A DNA stretch of 64,000 nt, taken from IMG/VR virus record IMGVR_UViG_3300030333_006991. One strand, 5' to 3'. Source of the stretch: an uncultured virus (IMG/VR IMGVR_UViG_3300030333_006991). Its lineage: Duplodnaviria > Heunggongvirae > Uroviricota > Caudoviricetes. This document shows positions 1 to 8,499 of the stretch, piece by piece. Made by a program: the position numbers and the translations under genes. Every line of letters starts with the position of its first letter. The first letter of the stretch is position 1. Below the pieces are notes generated by a model. The model was not told where the DNA came from. It saw nothing but the letters and a program-made list of their open reading frames with translations, and ran no database searches.

Positions 1-28
1 CGCCTTTTTAGCCCCTAAAGGAAGAGGT

Positions 29-1288
29 TTGAACATGGAAGATTACACAGGGTTGAATCGAACAGATTTCAACACAGGAGCGTTAGGCAATCGAGAATGT
101 GCTTGGTGCGAAAGTGTAGGTAGAAGTGTAGGAGAAGAGGTTCCCACTACCTTAACGGAAGGTTCTTATTTCACAGGAGATTCATCTTTCCTTTCAATTG
201 AAAGACGAGGAGATGGAGGTAGAAAATTTGACCGTATTGATAAAGATTACGATGCCGATGTGTTTGAAACAATGGACCCCTTTACAGGAATGATGATTCA
301 AGAAGAACACATTAACTACTATAAAATCCGCTTAGTAGGCAATAATATCATCCGTTATTTGCACATTAAACCTGATGATTTAGGTATTGCTATTCCCGTT
401 CCTGATAAAACCCTCGCTCAGAATATTACTTACGCTGAACCTCCTTGTCCTAACGAAGAAGCCAATCTTTTATTCCCTGCTAAATCCTTGTATACAAAAT
501 ATTTGATGGCGAAAGCAAAACAAGAAATGTCTACACCTCAAGTAACAGTATGTGAACAACTCGCATATTCCGCTCGCTTAGGAGAAAATGGGTGGGAACC
601 TGCGGTTTGTCCTGACCGTTATCAAGAAAGCCTGTCTTTTTCCTTCGGCCATCCTCTCTTCACGAAAACAGGAGAAGACATCCAAATTGAAACTTGGGCA
701 GAGGGGAATAAAGCGTGTTGGACTCCTTCAGGCTCAATCGAAAGATTCCCTACTCCTCCTTTCACTCTTCAATCGGCTTCGTTAATCATCACTCCTTATG
801 CAGATAATAGAAGGTCTACAAAATTGAAATCTTATCATATTCTTACTCAAGTGGGAAGCGAGTCGGAAGAAGTGATACTTGCTTCAGGGGAAACTTGTAT
901 CAAAACCACTCCTTATTTGTGGTGTAGAGAATGTGAAAACAGTTATCATGGTGCGCCTAACTTAACTGAAGGTAAAGAGTGGGCTCTACCCAATGCTGTC
1001 GGTAATGAATACAAACGCCCCGATAGCGAGGTAGAACGGAGAGATGATACGGGAGGAGGATATAGTCCAACTTCAAAATGGAATTACACTTTGCCTGTGT
1101 ATCAGTGGACTGAAGGGAAGAGTATTCAAGATGCTATAATGGAGAATCCTTCTAAATGGACTAATATGTTTCCTCAAGAAGTCATCGAGTGGGTTCAAAA
1201 TGGACAGATATTACCTGATGTAGACACACAAGATGATGCGGATGAAGCAGAGATTGAATCTGTAAGTGATGATGAGAGTGGAGATTAA
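29..1288 (+). CDS. hypothetical protein (start uncertain, ATG at 35)
   Basis: 419-aa ORF with several Cys pairs and an acidic C-terminus; GGAGGTG SD links it to the next gene. Confidence 0.7.
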   Translation: MNMEDYTGLNRTDFNTGALGNRECAWCESVGRSVGEEVPTTLTEGSYFTGDSSFLSIERRGDGGRKFDRIDKDYDADVFETMDPFTGMMIQEEHINYYKIRLVGNNIIRYLHIKPDDLGIAIPVPDKTLAQNITYAEPPCPNEEANLLFPAKSLYTKYLMAKAKQEMSTPQVTVCEQLAYSARLGENGWEPAVCPDRYQESLSFSFGHPLFTKTGEDIQIETWAEGNKACWTPSGSIERFPTPPFTLQSASLIITPYADNRRSTKLKSYHILTQVGSESEEVILASGETCIKTTPYLWCRECENSYHGAPNLTEGKEWALPNAVGNEYKRPDSEVERRDDTGGGYSPTSKWNYTLPVYQWTEGKSIQDAIMENPSKWTNMFPQEVIEWVQNGQILPDVDTQDDADEAEIESVSDDESGD

Positions 1289-1297
1289 GGAGGTGCT

Positions 1298-2581
1298 ATG
1301 ATGAGTGACGAAGAAGAGAAAAAGGAAGTAGCGGAAGAAGAGAAACTTGTAGATGCTACTGAGGCGGCTTCTGTTGCGTTGCCTGATGAATGGTGGCGTA
1401 ATAGTGCATTCGTCATCAAGGGTGGAGAAGAAATTAGTTGTAGCCCTCCACCCCCTGAAAGTATGGGTGATTTGTATGCGATTTTGAAGGATTTGTTACC
1501 TGCACTCCGTTCCGAAGGTGAATTGAAATTAAGGGGAAGAGTTTTGCGAGGTTTAACTGAATGGATTCCTGGTGTAGACCCTTTGGGTGACTTGATACCT
1601 GAAACATGGTTGCCTCCTCTACCTCCTGCTATTACAACTTTGATGAAAGTATACGAAGACGAAGTAGGAGATGAACCTGGTGGTGGAGGCCACCTTAATA
1701 TCATGGTGGACTTATCAGGGTCTATGGGCGCACGAATCGGGAAAACGAGTAGTGGGATGGACACAACTATTGTTACGGCTGCTATGTGTTTGGCTATGAT
1801 TATGATTAACGGTTGTGAATCGGGAGGTCACACTTTTGCGATAAACGCCTTTGGCTCAGGAGGAGGAAGTAACACCTTATGGTCAATTCCGAATCCTGAA
1901 GGCGATAGTTTCATCCAAGAGTTGAACAATTACACTCGTATGATTTGGGGTGAAAATCCTGCTCAGAGAAAGGATTACAGAGGGGCTATCGCTTCTATGA
2001 ATTCTGACGCTTCTTCAGGAATCACCCGCCAATCTTTATGGAGTGGTATGGGTGGAACCCAATCAGGAGCAGGAATGGCCCGATTATACTATATGATGAA
2101 AGACCAATTCAAATCATCGGAAATTCGTGTAGCCCCTGCGATTTTCATTAGTGATATGTTGCCTTACGACCTTGACCTTCCTTCAGCATCTTATACTATG
2201 CAAGGAAACTTTCCTGTTATCAATGGTCAAAATATAGATGAATATGGAAAAACTGATACAAGAGATTATGGATTTTGGTATTGGGCTAAGAAGTATCACG
2301 ATGATTTCGGCCCTGTGATTTGTATTCAGTTAGTGGCGGGTTCAGATGACCAAGCAGATTCTATCACACCCGATTATCGTAGAAGATTAGAACAAGGATT
2401 CGTGCAATATATTGGAAATAACGATTCTAAATATGCGAAGTGTTTATTTTCATCAATAGTTTACATGAGTCCAACAGGAGGAAATCTTCGTAAAGTAGCG
2501 AAATTGGTTCAAAACTTTATCGCCAATATGAGTGGAGAAGGTGAAATCAATTGTGGAGGAAAAGGAGTCACATTCGATTGA
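1298..2581 (+). CDS. von Willebrand factor A (vWA) domain protein
   Basis: MIDAS motif VDLSGS, downstream GGT and FISD; SD GGAGGTG. Confidence 0.75.
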   Translation: MMSDEEEKKEVAEEEKLVDATEAASVALPDEWWRNSAFVIKGGEEISCSPPPPESMGDLYAILKDLLPALRSEGELKLRGRVLRGLTEWIPGVDPLGDLIPETWLPPLPPAITTLMKVYEDEVGDEPGGGGHLNIMVDLSGSMGARIGKTSSGMDTTIVTAAMCLAMIMINGCESGGHTFAINAFGSGGGSNTLWSIPNPEGDSFIQELNNYTRMIWGENPAQRKDYRGAIASMNSDASSGITRQSLWSGMGGTQSGAGMARLYYMMKDQFKSSEIRVAPAIFISDMLPYDLDLPSASYTMQGNFPVINGQNIDEYGKTDTRDYGFWYWAKKYHDDFGPVICIQLVAGSDDQADSITPDYRRRLEQGFVQYIGNNDSKYAKCLFSSIVYMSPTGGNLRKVAKLVQNFIANMSGEGEINCGGKGVTFD

Positions 2582-2635
2582 ATGAAAGATGGGAAAGCCC
2601 ATATAGTGGTGCTGTTCAATAAGGTTGGTGAAGAC

Positions 2636-4174
2636 ATGGTTGATGATAATGTGGAACCTTTAGATGCTTCAGCCTTCAGTGCTGTTGATGATATTCCTGA
2701 TGAGATGGCTATGCCTTTGCCTGTCCCATCCACTCAATCTACAAATGGGAACGAGCCGTTTAGTGATATTTTAGATTCCAACCAAAACTCTATGTCGAAA
2801 ACTGATTGGGGTAATACGGTTTCATCAAGCGATGCCAAGAAACCTGCGATTGTGTTAAGCAAGGATGTGCATTTACCTCCTGAAATCGTCTACGCTAAAA
2901 TGTTCATTTGTGGGCAGAGTGGAAGCGGTAAATCTTTTACAACAGGAGTATTCATGGAAGAGATGGCTCGTTTAGGTCTACAATTCGTGTGTTTTGACGC
3001 TCTTGGAGCGCATAAGGGATTAAAGCAACTACCGAATGTCGTAGAAATTGTTCCAACTATGGAAATGCAACCTAACATGGAACGGTTTGTAGATGAAATA
3101 GAGAAGAATCCTGATATGAGTGCTGTTATTGATTGTTCTCATGTGGATGATGCTACCGTGCAAAAGATTATCGCAGAATATGTTGAGAATCTATTCAAGA
3201 AGCGGTTAGGTAGAGGAATAATGACGATTATCGAGGAATGCCAAGATTTAGTCCCGCAACAAAAACCATCATTAGAGTCATACGGGCCTATTGTTAAACT
3301 ATGCAAAAAGGGGAGACAATACGGTTACGGAGTTTGTTTAATTTCACAGAGGCCGCACGAAGTTGGAAAGGCTGCTTTAACACAATGCACGATTCACATT
3401 ATTCACGCTGTTATTCAAACCCGTGATTTAATGGCTGTAAAAGACCAAATCGCACAAGGAACCGACAAAAATGCAACCAATTCTCTTTTAGACAATATCC
3501 GAAACTTTGAATCAGGCGAGTGTCTTGTGTATTCACCATCTCTCGTTCCTCAAATGAGAGGAACCCGTGAACATTTCGTCCAAACTACTATCAGGTCGGA
3601 TAGAAGCACAGAACACACAGGCGACAATGTAGAAGTGCGTGTGAAAGGGATGGACAACAATTGGCAAAATAACACCTTGAATGTCCAAAGACCTGAAACT
3701 TTAGGAGGGATGCGAGTCCACTTCAATGAAAGTGATGACTACAATCCTTACGAATCACTTCCTCAAACTATGCAAGATAAATCTCCAACTACCTCAACCA
3801 CAGTCACATCTATTGAAGATGATGAGTGGTGGCCTGAAACAATGGAAGCCGATTCTCTAATTAGGTCGAGTGAAGGAGAATGGAAAAGTAATGAAGGCTC
3901 GTATGTGAGCCCACTTGCTTATGATGGGCTTCAAAGCGAGGATGTATGGAATGCCGACATCACAGGAGAAATCAAAAAAGCCTTGCCAAATGATGATGAT
4001 TCAAGTATCGTGAAAACTGCAAAGGTTCTTGGTGCGATTCTTTTAACCGCAGGAGGATTATTCTTTATGTTGAAGAAGCCTACAACGCCAACCGTAGTGG
4101 CTAATGCTGAAAAATCTAAATGGGTCAAGAAGGCTGAAACTCTCTACACAGAGGAAGAGCCTGAATCAGAGTAA
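2636..4174 (+). CDS. FtsK/HerA-superfamily ATPase with C-terminal TM segment; candidate genome-packaging ATPase
   Basis: Walker A GQSGSGKS, Walker B IIEECQ, KGRQYG arginine finger, ISQRP; hydrophobic VLGAILLTAGGLFFML. Start 2636 chosen from GGTGA SD and a promoter variant CATATAGTG near 2600. Confidence 0.8.
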   Translation: MVDDNVEPLDASAFSAVDDIPDEMAMPLPVPSTQSTNGNEPFSDILDSNQNSMSKTDWGNTVSSSDAKKPAIVLSKDVHLPPEIVYAKMFICGQSGSGKSFTTGVFMEEMARLGLQFVCFDALGAHKGLKQLPNVVEIVPTMEMQPNMERFVDEIEKNPDMSAVIDCSHVDDATVQKIIAEYVENLFKKRLGRGIMTIIEECQDLVPQQKPSLESYGPIVKLCKKGRQYGYGVCLISQRPHEVGKAALTQCTIHIIHAVIQTRDLMAVKDQIAQGTDKNATNSLLDNIRNFESGECLVYSPSLVPQMRGTREHFVQTTIRSDRSTEHTGDNVEVRVKGMDNNWQNNTLNVQRPETLGGMRVHFNESDDYNPYESLPQTMQDKSPTTSTTVTSIEDDEWWPETMEADSLIRSSEGEWKSNEGSYVSPLAYDGLQSEDVWNADITGEIKKALPNDDDSSIVKTAKVLGAILLTAGGLFFMLKKPTTPTVVANAEKSKWVKKAETLYTEEEPESE

Positions 4175-4221
4175 CTGAAAATACAATACTTCAAATACTA
4201 AATGTGCGTAGTATAGTTAGT

Positions 4222-4316
4222 TGTCGTAAAGGGACTAACCATCCCGACAGCCCAAACTCCCCACATGGAGAAAACGGAACACCACCCATGAACCGTGGCC
4301 GATGAAGTGTGGGGTC
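4222..4316 (+). ncRNA. candidate structured intergenic RNA
   Basis: Lies between convergent genes; stems TGTC..GGGA/TCCC.GACA and CCCCACAT/GTGTGGGG enclosing ACGG/CCGT; AT-rich TATA-like stretch upstream. Confidence 0.3.
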
Positions 4317-4331
4317 TGCGAGGGTATTCTT

Positions 4332-5567
4332 CTAAAGTTTAATCCAATTCATTATCCCTAAGCGGCTTTGTTTCGGAGCGTAGTAATTAACTCCTGTATA
4401 CACATCTTCAAATTGCGACCATTTCAGATGCGGGAAGAATTGGAATGAGTAAGGGAACAATCTACCCCCTTCATCCTCTCCACTCACCATTCTTTGGATG
4501 TCTTCAACCATGAAATCCATTTGTAGAGCCTCTAACTGTCCGTAATCATCATCCCCATGCCTTACATCCTCGTTGATATACGCTTTCGTTACTCTTACGA
4601 ACCAATGCAACCTCTCAAGATGAAACTTGGAGAGGATTTCCACATAAGCGTCAGCCTCTAAATCCATCTTTTCATAACCTTTCGATACAAGTATACCCTC
4701 CTTCGTCATGTTTTCTCTGTAATCACGCCATTCTTCATCTGAAATCTCACCTAAAACACTTCGCAAATATATCTGCTTTGTCGCATTTGTCCTTTTCGCT
4801 ACTTCACTATTGGGGTCTTGTTCTCCGTGAAGCAAGAAAGGAAGAACAGCATTCGTAGTCGGATTTCTTAATCTAATTTCAAAGGCAGTATTCGGTTTCC
4901 ATGTAGGACTCACAACTCGATGCTTATTACTTCTATCGAAGTCAATGGAAAAGGTGAATGGAGATAAATACTCAAAAGGTATATCTCCTCCTCTACGCTC
5001 AGTGGGTAGTGGTGTTTCTGCCTTATCTTCTTCTTTCCAATTCGGTTTAGCAAAATAGAATATCCTCTTCTTTCGGATTTCTTCTAATCTGTGTGGAACC
5101 CAACGATTGCTACGATTAGGGTGTTTATTCGCTTCCCTTTCTTCAGGGGTTCGTAAACTTCTCCAATATTCTATCTCGGTATTCCATGAGCCTCCAATAA
5201 CTTCTTGGACTTGAATATCCCACCAATGTTGGAATTCACATTGAGGATAAGGTCGAAAATGTTCGTAAGTGTTATCTATCGTTCCTGTTAAAGTAGGGAG
5301 GCGAGCGTATACGGAATCGAAATAATGTTTAACCATGAATTGGTTCTCGTATTGTATAGCGTGAGGTCCTTGAACCGTGAATCGTTGATAACTAATATCA
5401 TGCTTTATTTTTTCAAGCCACCAATCTTCTACCGCATTGATGCCTTGACCTGAGACACACTCTCCTAAAGCGGCAAACATCGGTGCAATCAATCTCGCAT
5501 CCAAAATCTTAGGATGAGCGTTATCTTTGAAAACACTCGCCACATTCCAACGATTATAACTGCTCAT
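4332..5567 (-). CDS. hypothetical protein (late-motif promoter)
   Basis: Long ORF; ATG 5567 lies 22 nt after a reverse-strand ATTCTTATAGTC motif. Confidence 0.7.
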   Translation of the reverse strand: MSSYNRWNVASVFKDNAHPKILDARLIAPMFAALGECVSGQGINAVEDWWLEKIKHDISYQRFTVQGPHAIQYENQFMVKHYFDSVYARLPTLTGTIDNTYEHFRPYPQCEFQHWWDIQVQEVIGGSWNTEIEYWRSLRTPEEREANKHPNRSNRWVPHRLEEIRKKRIFYFAKPNWKEEDKAETPLPTERRGGDIPFEYLSPFTFSIDFDRSNKHRVVSPTWKPNTAFEIRLRNPTTNAVLPFLLHGEQDPNSEVAKRTNATKQIYLRSVLGEISDEEWRDYRENMTKEGILVSKGYEKMDLEADAYVEILSKFHLERLHWFVRVTKAYINEDVRHGDDDYGQLEALQMDFMVEDIQRMVSGEDEGGRLFPYSFQFFPHLKWSQFEDVYTGVNYYAPKQSRLGIMNWIKL

Positions 5568-5588
5568 ACATTTATCATACCTACGCAC

Positions 5589-5600
5589 GACTATAAGAAT
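5589..5600 (-). promoter_or_regulatory. TTCTTATAGTC promoter motif
   Basis: GACTATAAGAAT is the reverse complement of the motif. Confidence 0.75.
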
Positions 5601-5607
5601 ACTACAA

Positions 5608-5622
5608 CCAAAAGTTTTATAC
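5608..5622 (+). promoter_or_regulatory. canonical archaeal BRE/TATA promoter
   Basis: CCAAAAG-TTTTATA about 25 nt before ATG 5646. Confidence 0.6.
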
Positions 5623-5645
5623 CTGACCACCCCTTCCTATACTAC

Positions 5646-6023
5646 ATGGGAGCCGAAAGTGAAACAGTCGAACCCTCGGAAGCCGAGGAATCAGAACAGG
5701 AAATCATCGTAGCAGAATGTGAGTGGGTGAAAGGAAACTCTTATGCAGTTTCCACATTCAAAAAGTTATTCCCTCCCATTTATCGGAAGGTTTTACCTGA
5801 AGAAGGAAAATTACGGATTAAAAAAGTCCACCCCACCTCGCACAGATATGGGGGCTATGTGATAGAAGCCGTAGTTGTAGGTGCGAAAACAGAAGAATAC
5901 ACATGGACTCAATTTTGGTGGACTACTCAAGACAAGTTTTACTATGCCAATGTGTCGAAAGTGCGAAATGAAGAGCCCCCTGCGAGGAATACGAGGACGA
6001 GGCGAAAACGGAATACTAAATGA
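5646..6023 (+). CDS. hypothetical protein with basic C-terminus
   Basis: ORF 5514-6023 restarted at the ATG matching the TATA position. Confidence 0.6.
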   Translation: MGAESETVEPSEAEESEQEIIVAECEWVKGNSYAVSTFKKLFPPIYRKVLPEEGKLRIKKVHPTSHRYGGYVIEAVVVGAKTEEYTWTQFWWTTQDKFYYANVSKVRNEEPPARNTRTRRKRNTK

Positions 6024-6060
6024 AAGGGAGTTTGTCTTCTTTCTGCTTCTGAATATGGAA

Positions 6061-6074
6061 GCATTCTTATAGTC
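6061..6074 (+). promoter_or_regulatory. GCATTCTTATAGTC promoter motif
   Basis: Exact motif 33 nt before ATG 6107; 30-bp identity with the copy near 33866. Confidence 0.8.
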
Positions 6075-6106
6075 GGTCAGACGAATAACCTTGAAGGTGC
6101 TTGGAA

Positions 6107-6976
6107 ATGTATCAAGGTATTCCGATTCAGAGTGAAACAACGAGAGCAACGACTACGGTTGGTGGAAGTTATGTTCTTCCTCCTGCACCGCCAAGTCCAA
6201 ACAGAATGGAATTTGATTCTGTAAGTATTTCAAGAGATACTCTACCTGCTCGTAATGCTATGAACAGTATGTCGGAGATTGGTCAAAGAGGTCCTCGACC
6301 TTCACCAACAATGGTGCATGATTCAATGGCAGGTGCAGGTGCGCCTCCATCAGCACAAGGAATGCAGAATCTTACAAGCCTTCCTAATGTGAAGCCTTTT
6401 GGAGAAGGTGGCGATTACATTCGTTCTCCTCTATGGTCTACTGATGAAGAGATTACACAGTATGAAATGAGAGGTCAGCAAATCAGCCCTGATGAGCCCG
6501 TTCATTTCCGTGCGGCTCACACACTTGAAATGTATGGAACCCCTGCGGCTCCAAATATGACGGAGATGCGAATTGGTCGAGAGGAAGTTTACCTTGACCA
6601 ACTCCCAACGAACCACGGTGTTCCTATGAATTTCGGTGGAAACCCTTACAGTGAGAAGGCACGACAATACATTCGTCCACAACCTTCTCATGTGCGGGGG
6701 CCACAGTATAGTGTTCCTCGCTCAACTATTGTTGAACCGATTCTAAGTGTGCCTGTTCGACCTGCACCACCTCGTATCAATATGCCTCGTATTCCAAGAG
6801 TGAGTGCGAACCCTGTTACTGTTCAAGCCAAGCCTGTCTTGCCTCCTGTTGAAGGACCTGATTTCGGTTTAGGAAATAATTCCTCACTACTCGCAGGAAC
6901 ATCACGACACATGGGGCCAATCGGTCAGTCATCGGGACGCTCTTTTGGAGCAGAGGGTAGCATGACTCCCTTTTGA
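6107..6976 (+). CDS. Pro-rich low-complexity virion-type protein
   Basis: Pro/Ser/Met rich; SFGAE linker near the C-terminus. Confidence 0.7.
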   Translation: MYQGIPIQSETTRATTTVGGSYVLPPAPPSPNRMEFDSVSISRDTLPARNAMNSMSEIGQRGPRPSPTMVHDSMAGAGAPPSAQGMQNLTSLPNVKPFGEGGDYIRSPLWSTDEEITQYEMRGQQISPDEPVHFRAAHTLEMYGTPAAPNMTEMRIGREEVYLDQLPTNHGVPMNFGGNPYSEKARQYIRPQPSHVRGPQYSVPRSTIVEPILSVPVRPAPPRINMPRIPRVSANPVTVQAKPVLPPVEGPDFGLGNNSSLLAGTSRHMGPIGQSSGRSFGAEGSMTPF

Positions 6977-6988
6977 GGGGGTTAAGTT

Positions 6989-8497
6989 ATGACGAAACGC
7001 TGTCCTGAATGTCGTTACAAAATGGAACAGCACGGCATCATTGAAAATAATGATGTCTACTATTGTGATGTGTGCGGAGTTTATCTTTCTTACCCTTTAG
7101 AGGAAGATGATGAAGAGGAATTGCTCTACGCTTCGGAAGATGAAGATAAGGTTCCTTGTAGTTTTTGTTGGGAACCTATTGGAACCGTCAAGGAAATGTA
7201 TGAAGATGAAACTGTTGATTATGAGGTTGCTAATGATGAACCTGTTTGCATTTCTTGTTACGAGGAGTGGATTCAGGAATGGAAGAACGATTTAGATATG
7301 CACTACAACCCTTTTCATGCAGAATCTTTTAGAGCCGATGAGGAATTTTACGAAGAATACCCTGCCAAGTATTATCAGACCGATGAAGATGAAGGAGTTT
7401 TCCATCTTCCTGCTACCGACTCTTATTGGGTAGTCAGTGACGATGGATGTGCGGGGCCTTTCGACAAGGAAGAATCTCAAAAATTTGTGTTTGGAGCCGA
7501 AGCAGGAAAATATCATATTACTTGGAAGGATGGAAAAAAAGGAGTCACTTTCGATTTTGAAGGTGGCGATGATATGCACTTCGATGATACATGGACTGAC
7601 TTGTTTTGGGACGCTTCTAATCCTCAAGTTACTGAAGCCCCTGCGAGGAAGAAGAGAGGGTGGTTCAGTGGTAAAAGGGCTGCTGAAACCTTTGAATATA
7701 CAGACGAATGGTATATTTCTGCTTTACCAAGAATCGTTAAGAGGGTGAAAGAACAATTGGTTGATGATGAGAGAATGAAGTTGGATGAGCCTGAAATGTA
7801 TGCTTTGTTTGAGGATGAAATGTTTGATGGTGATGAAACATCTCTTGATTCTTATGTGTATAATGCTTTGGAAATTGAATATCCTACATTGACGGAGCAA
7901 CAAAAAATTGAAATTAGCGAAGATGCTGATATGCTTTCTGATGTTTGGTTTGGTATTGATATGACTGATGAAGAGTTTAGAGATTGGTTGATTACAGAAG
8001 GGCAAGAATATGATGATGAAGGCAATCCCATAAGTAGGGCTGATTGGGGCTTAGATGAAAATTGGGGGGCGGAAGATTTCAACGCAGTAGTAATTGCTCC
8101 TGAGAAACCGAAGGGTGCGGTAGAAAAGGCCATGATGAATCATTACTTGCTAAAAGAAGGTGAGTTGCGGCTCGCACTTGAGGTTTTGGAAAACGAAGTG
8201 CAGTTAGGAATAATTTCCGAGCGAGAAGCACACAAAAGATTACAAAAAATCTTACAATCGCACATGGAGAGAAGATACAGTGAAACTACGGCTTCTACCG
8301 CAGGGAAAAAAACTTTGACGAGCGGAGTTTTCATGCTGATTTCTGTGGCTTCCCTATGGAGAGCGGTTACAGTGACGGAAAATGAGTATTTGTTCCCTAA
8401 TGAAAAGAAATGGATGTCTATTTTAGGTTCGGCTGCTATCGGACTTGGAATACTTGCTCTAAAAGGAGATAGTATACTTGCTGCCGTGGGGGAGTAA
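6989..8497 (+). CDS. FxAE-linker modular protein (Zn fingers, acidic modules, C-terminal TMs)
   Basis: CPEC..CDVC and CSFC..CISC; linkers FHAESFRAD, FGAE, AAETF, WGAEDFNA; two terminal hydrophobic helices. Confidence 0.8.
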   Translation: MTKRCPECRYKMEQHGIIENNDVYYCDVCGVYLSYPLEEDDEEELLYASEDEDKVPCSFCWEPIGTVKEMYEDETVDYEVANDEPVCISCYEEWIQEWKNDLDMHYNPFHAESFRADEEFYEEYPAKYYQTDEDEGVFHLPATDSYWVVSDDGCAGPFDKEESQKFVFGAEAGKYHITWKDGKKGVTFDFEGGDDMHFDDTWTDLFWDASNPQVTEAPARKKRGWFSGKRAAETFEYTDEWYISALPRIVKRVKEQLVDDERMKLDEPEMYALFEDEMFDGDETSLDSYVYNALEIEYPTLTEQQKIEISEDADMLSDVWFGIDMTDEEFRDWLITEGQEYDDEGNPISRADWGLDENWGAEDFNAVVIAPEKPKGAVEKAMMNHYLLKEGELRLALEVLENEVQLGIISEREAHKRLQKILQSHMERRYSETTASTAGKKTLTSGVFMLISVASLWRAVTVTENEYLFPNEKKWMSILGSAAIGLGILALKGDSILAAVGE

Positions 8498-8499
8498 GT

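Noticed and set aside
4250..4320. Hammerhead ribozyme or tRNA
   Set aside because: CCGATGA and GAAA are present but the three-stem core cannot be built; no cloverleaf or TTCG T-loop
4332..5567. Maturation protease for the FxAE motif
   Set aside because: It has a late promoter but no recognisable catalytic motif; no protease could be identified in this window
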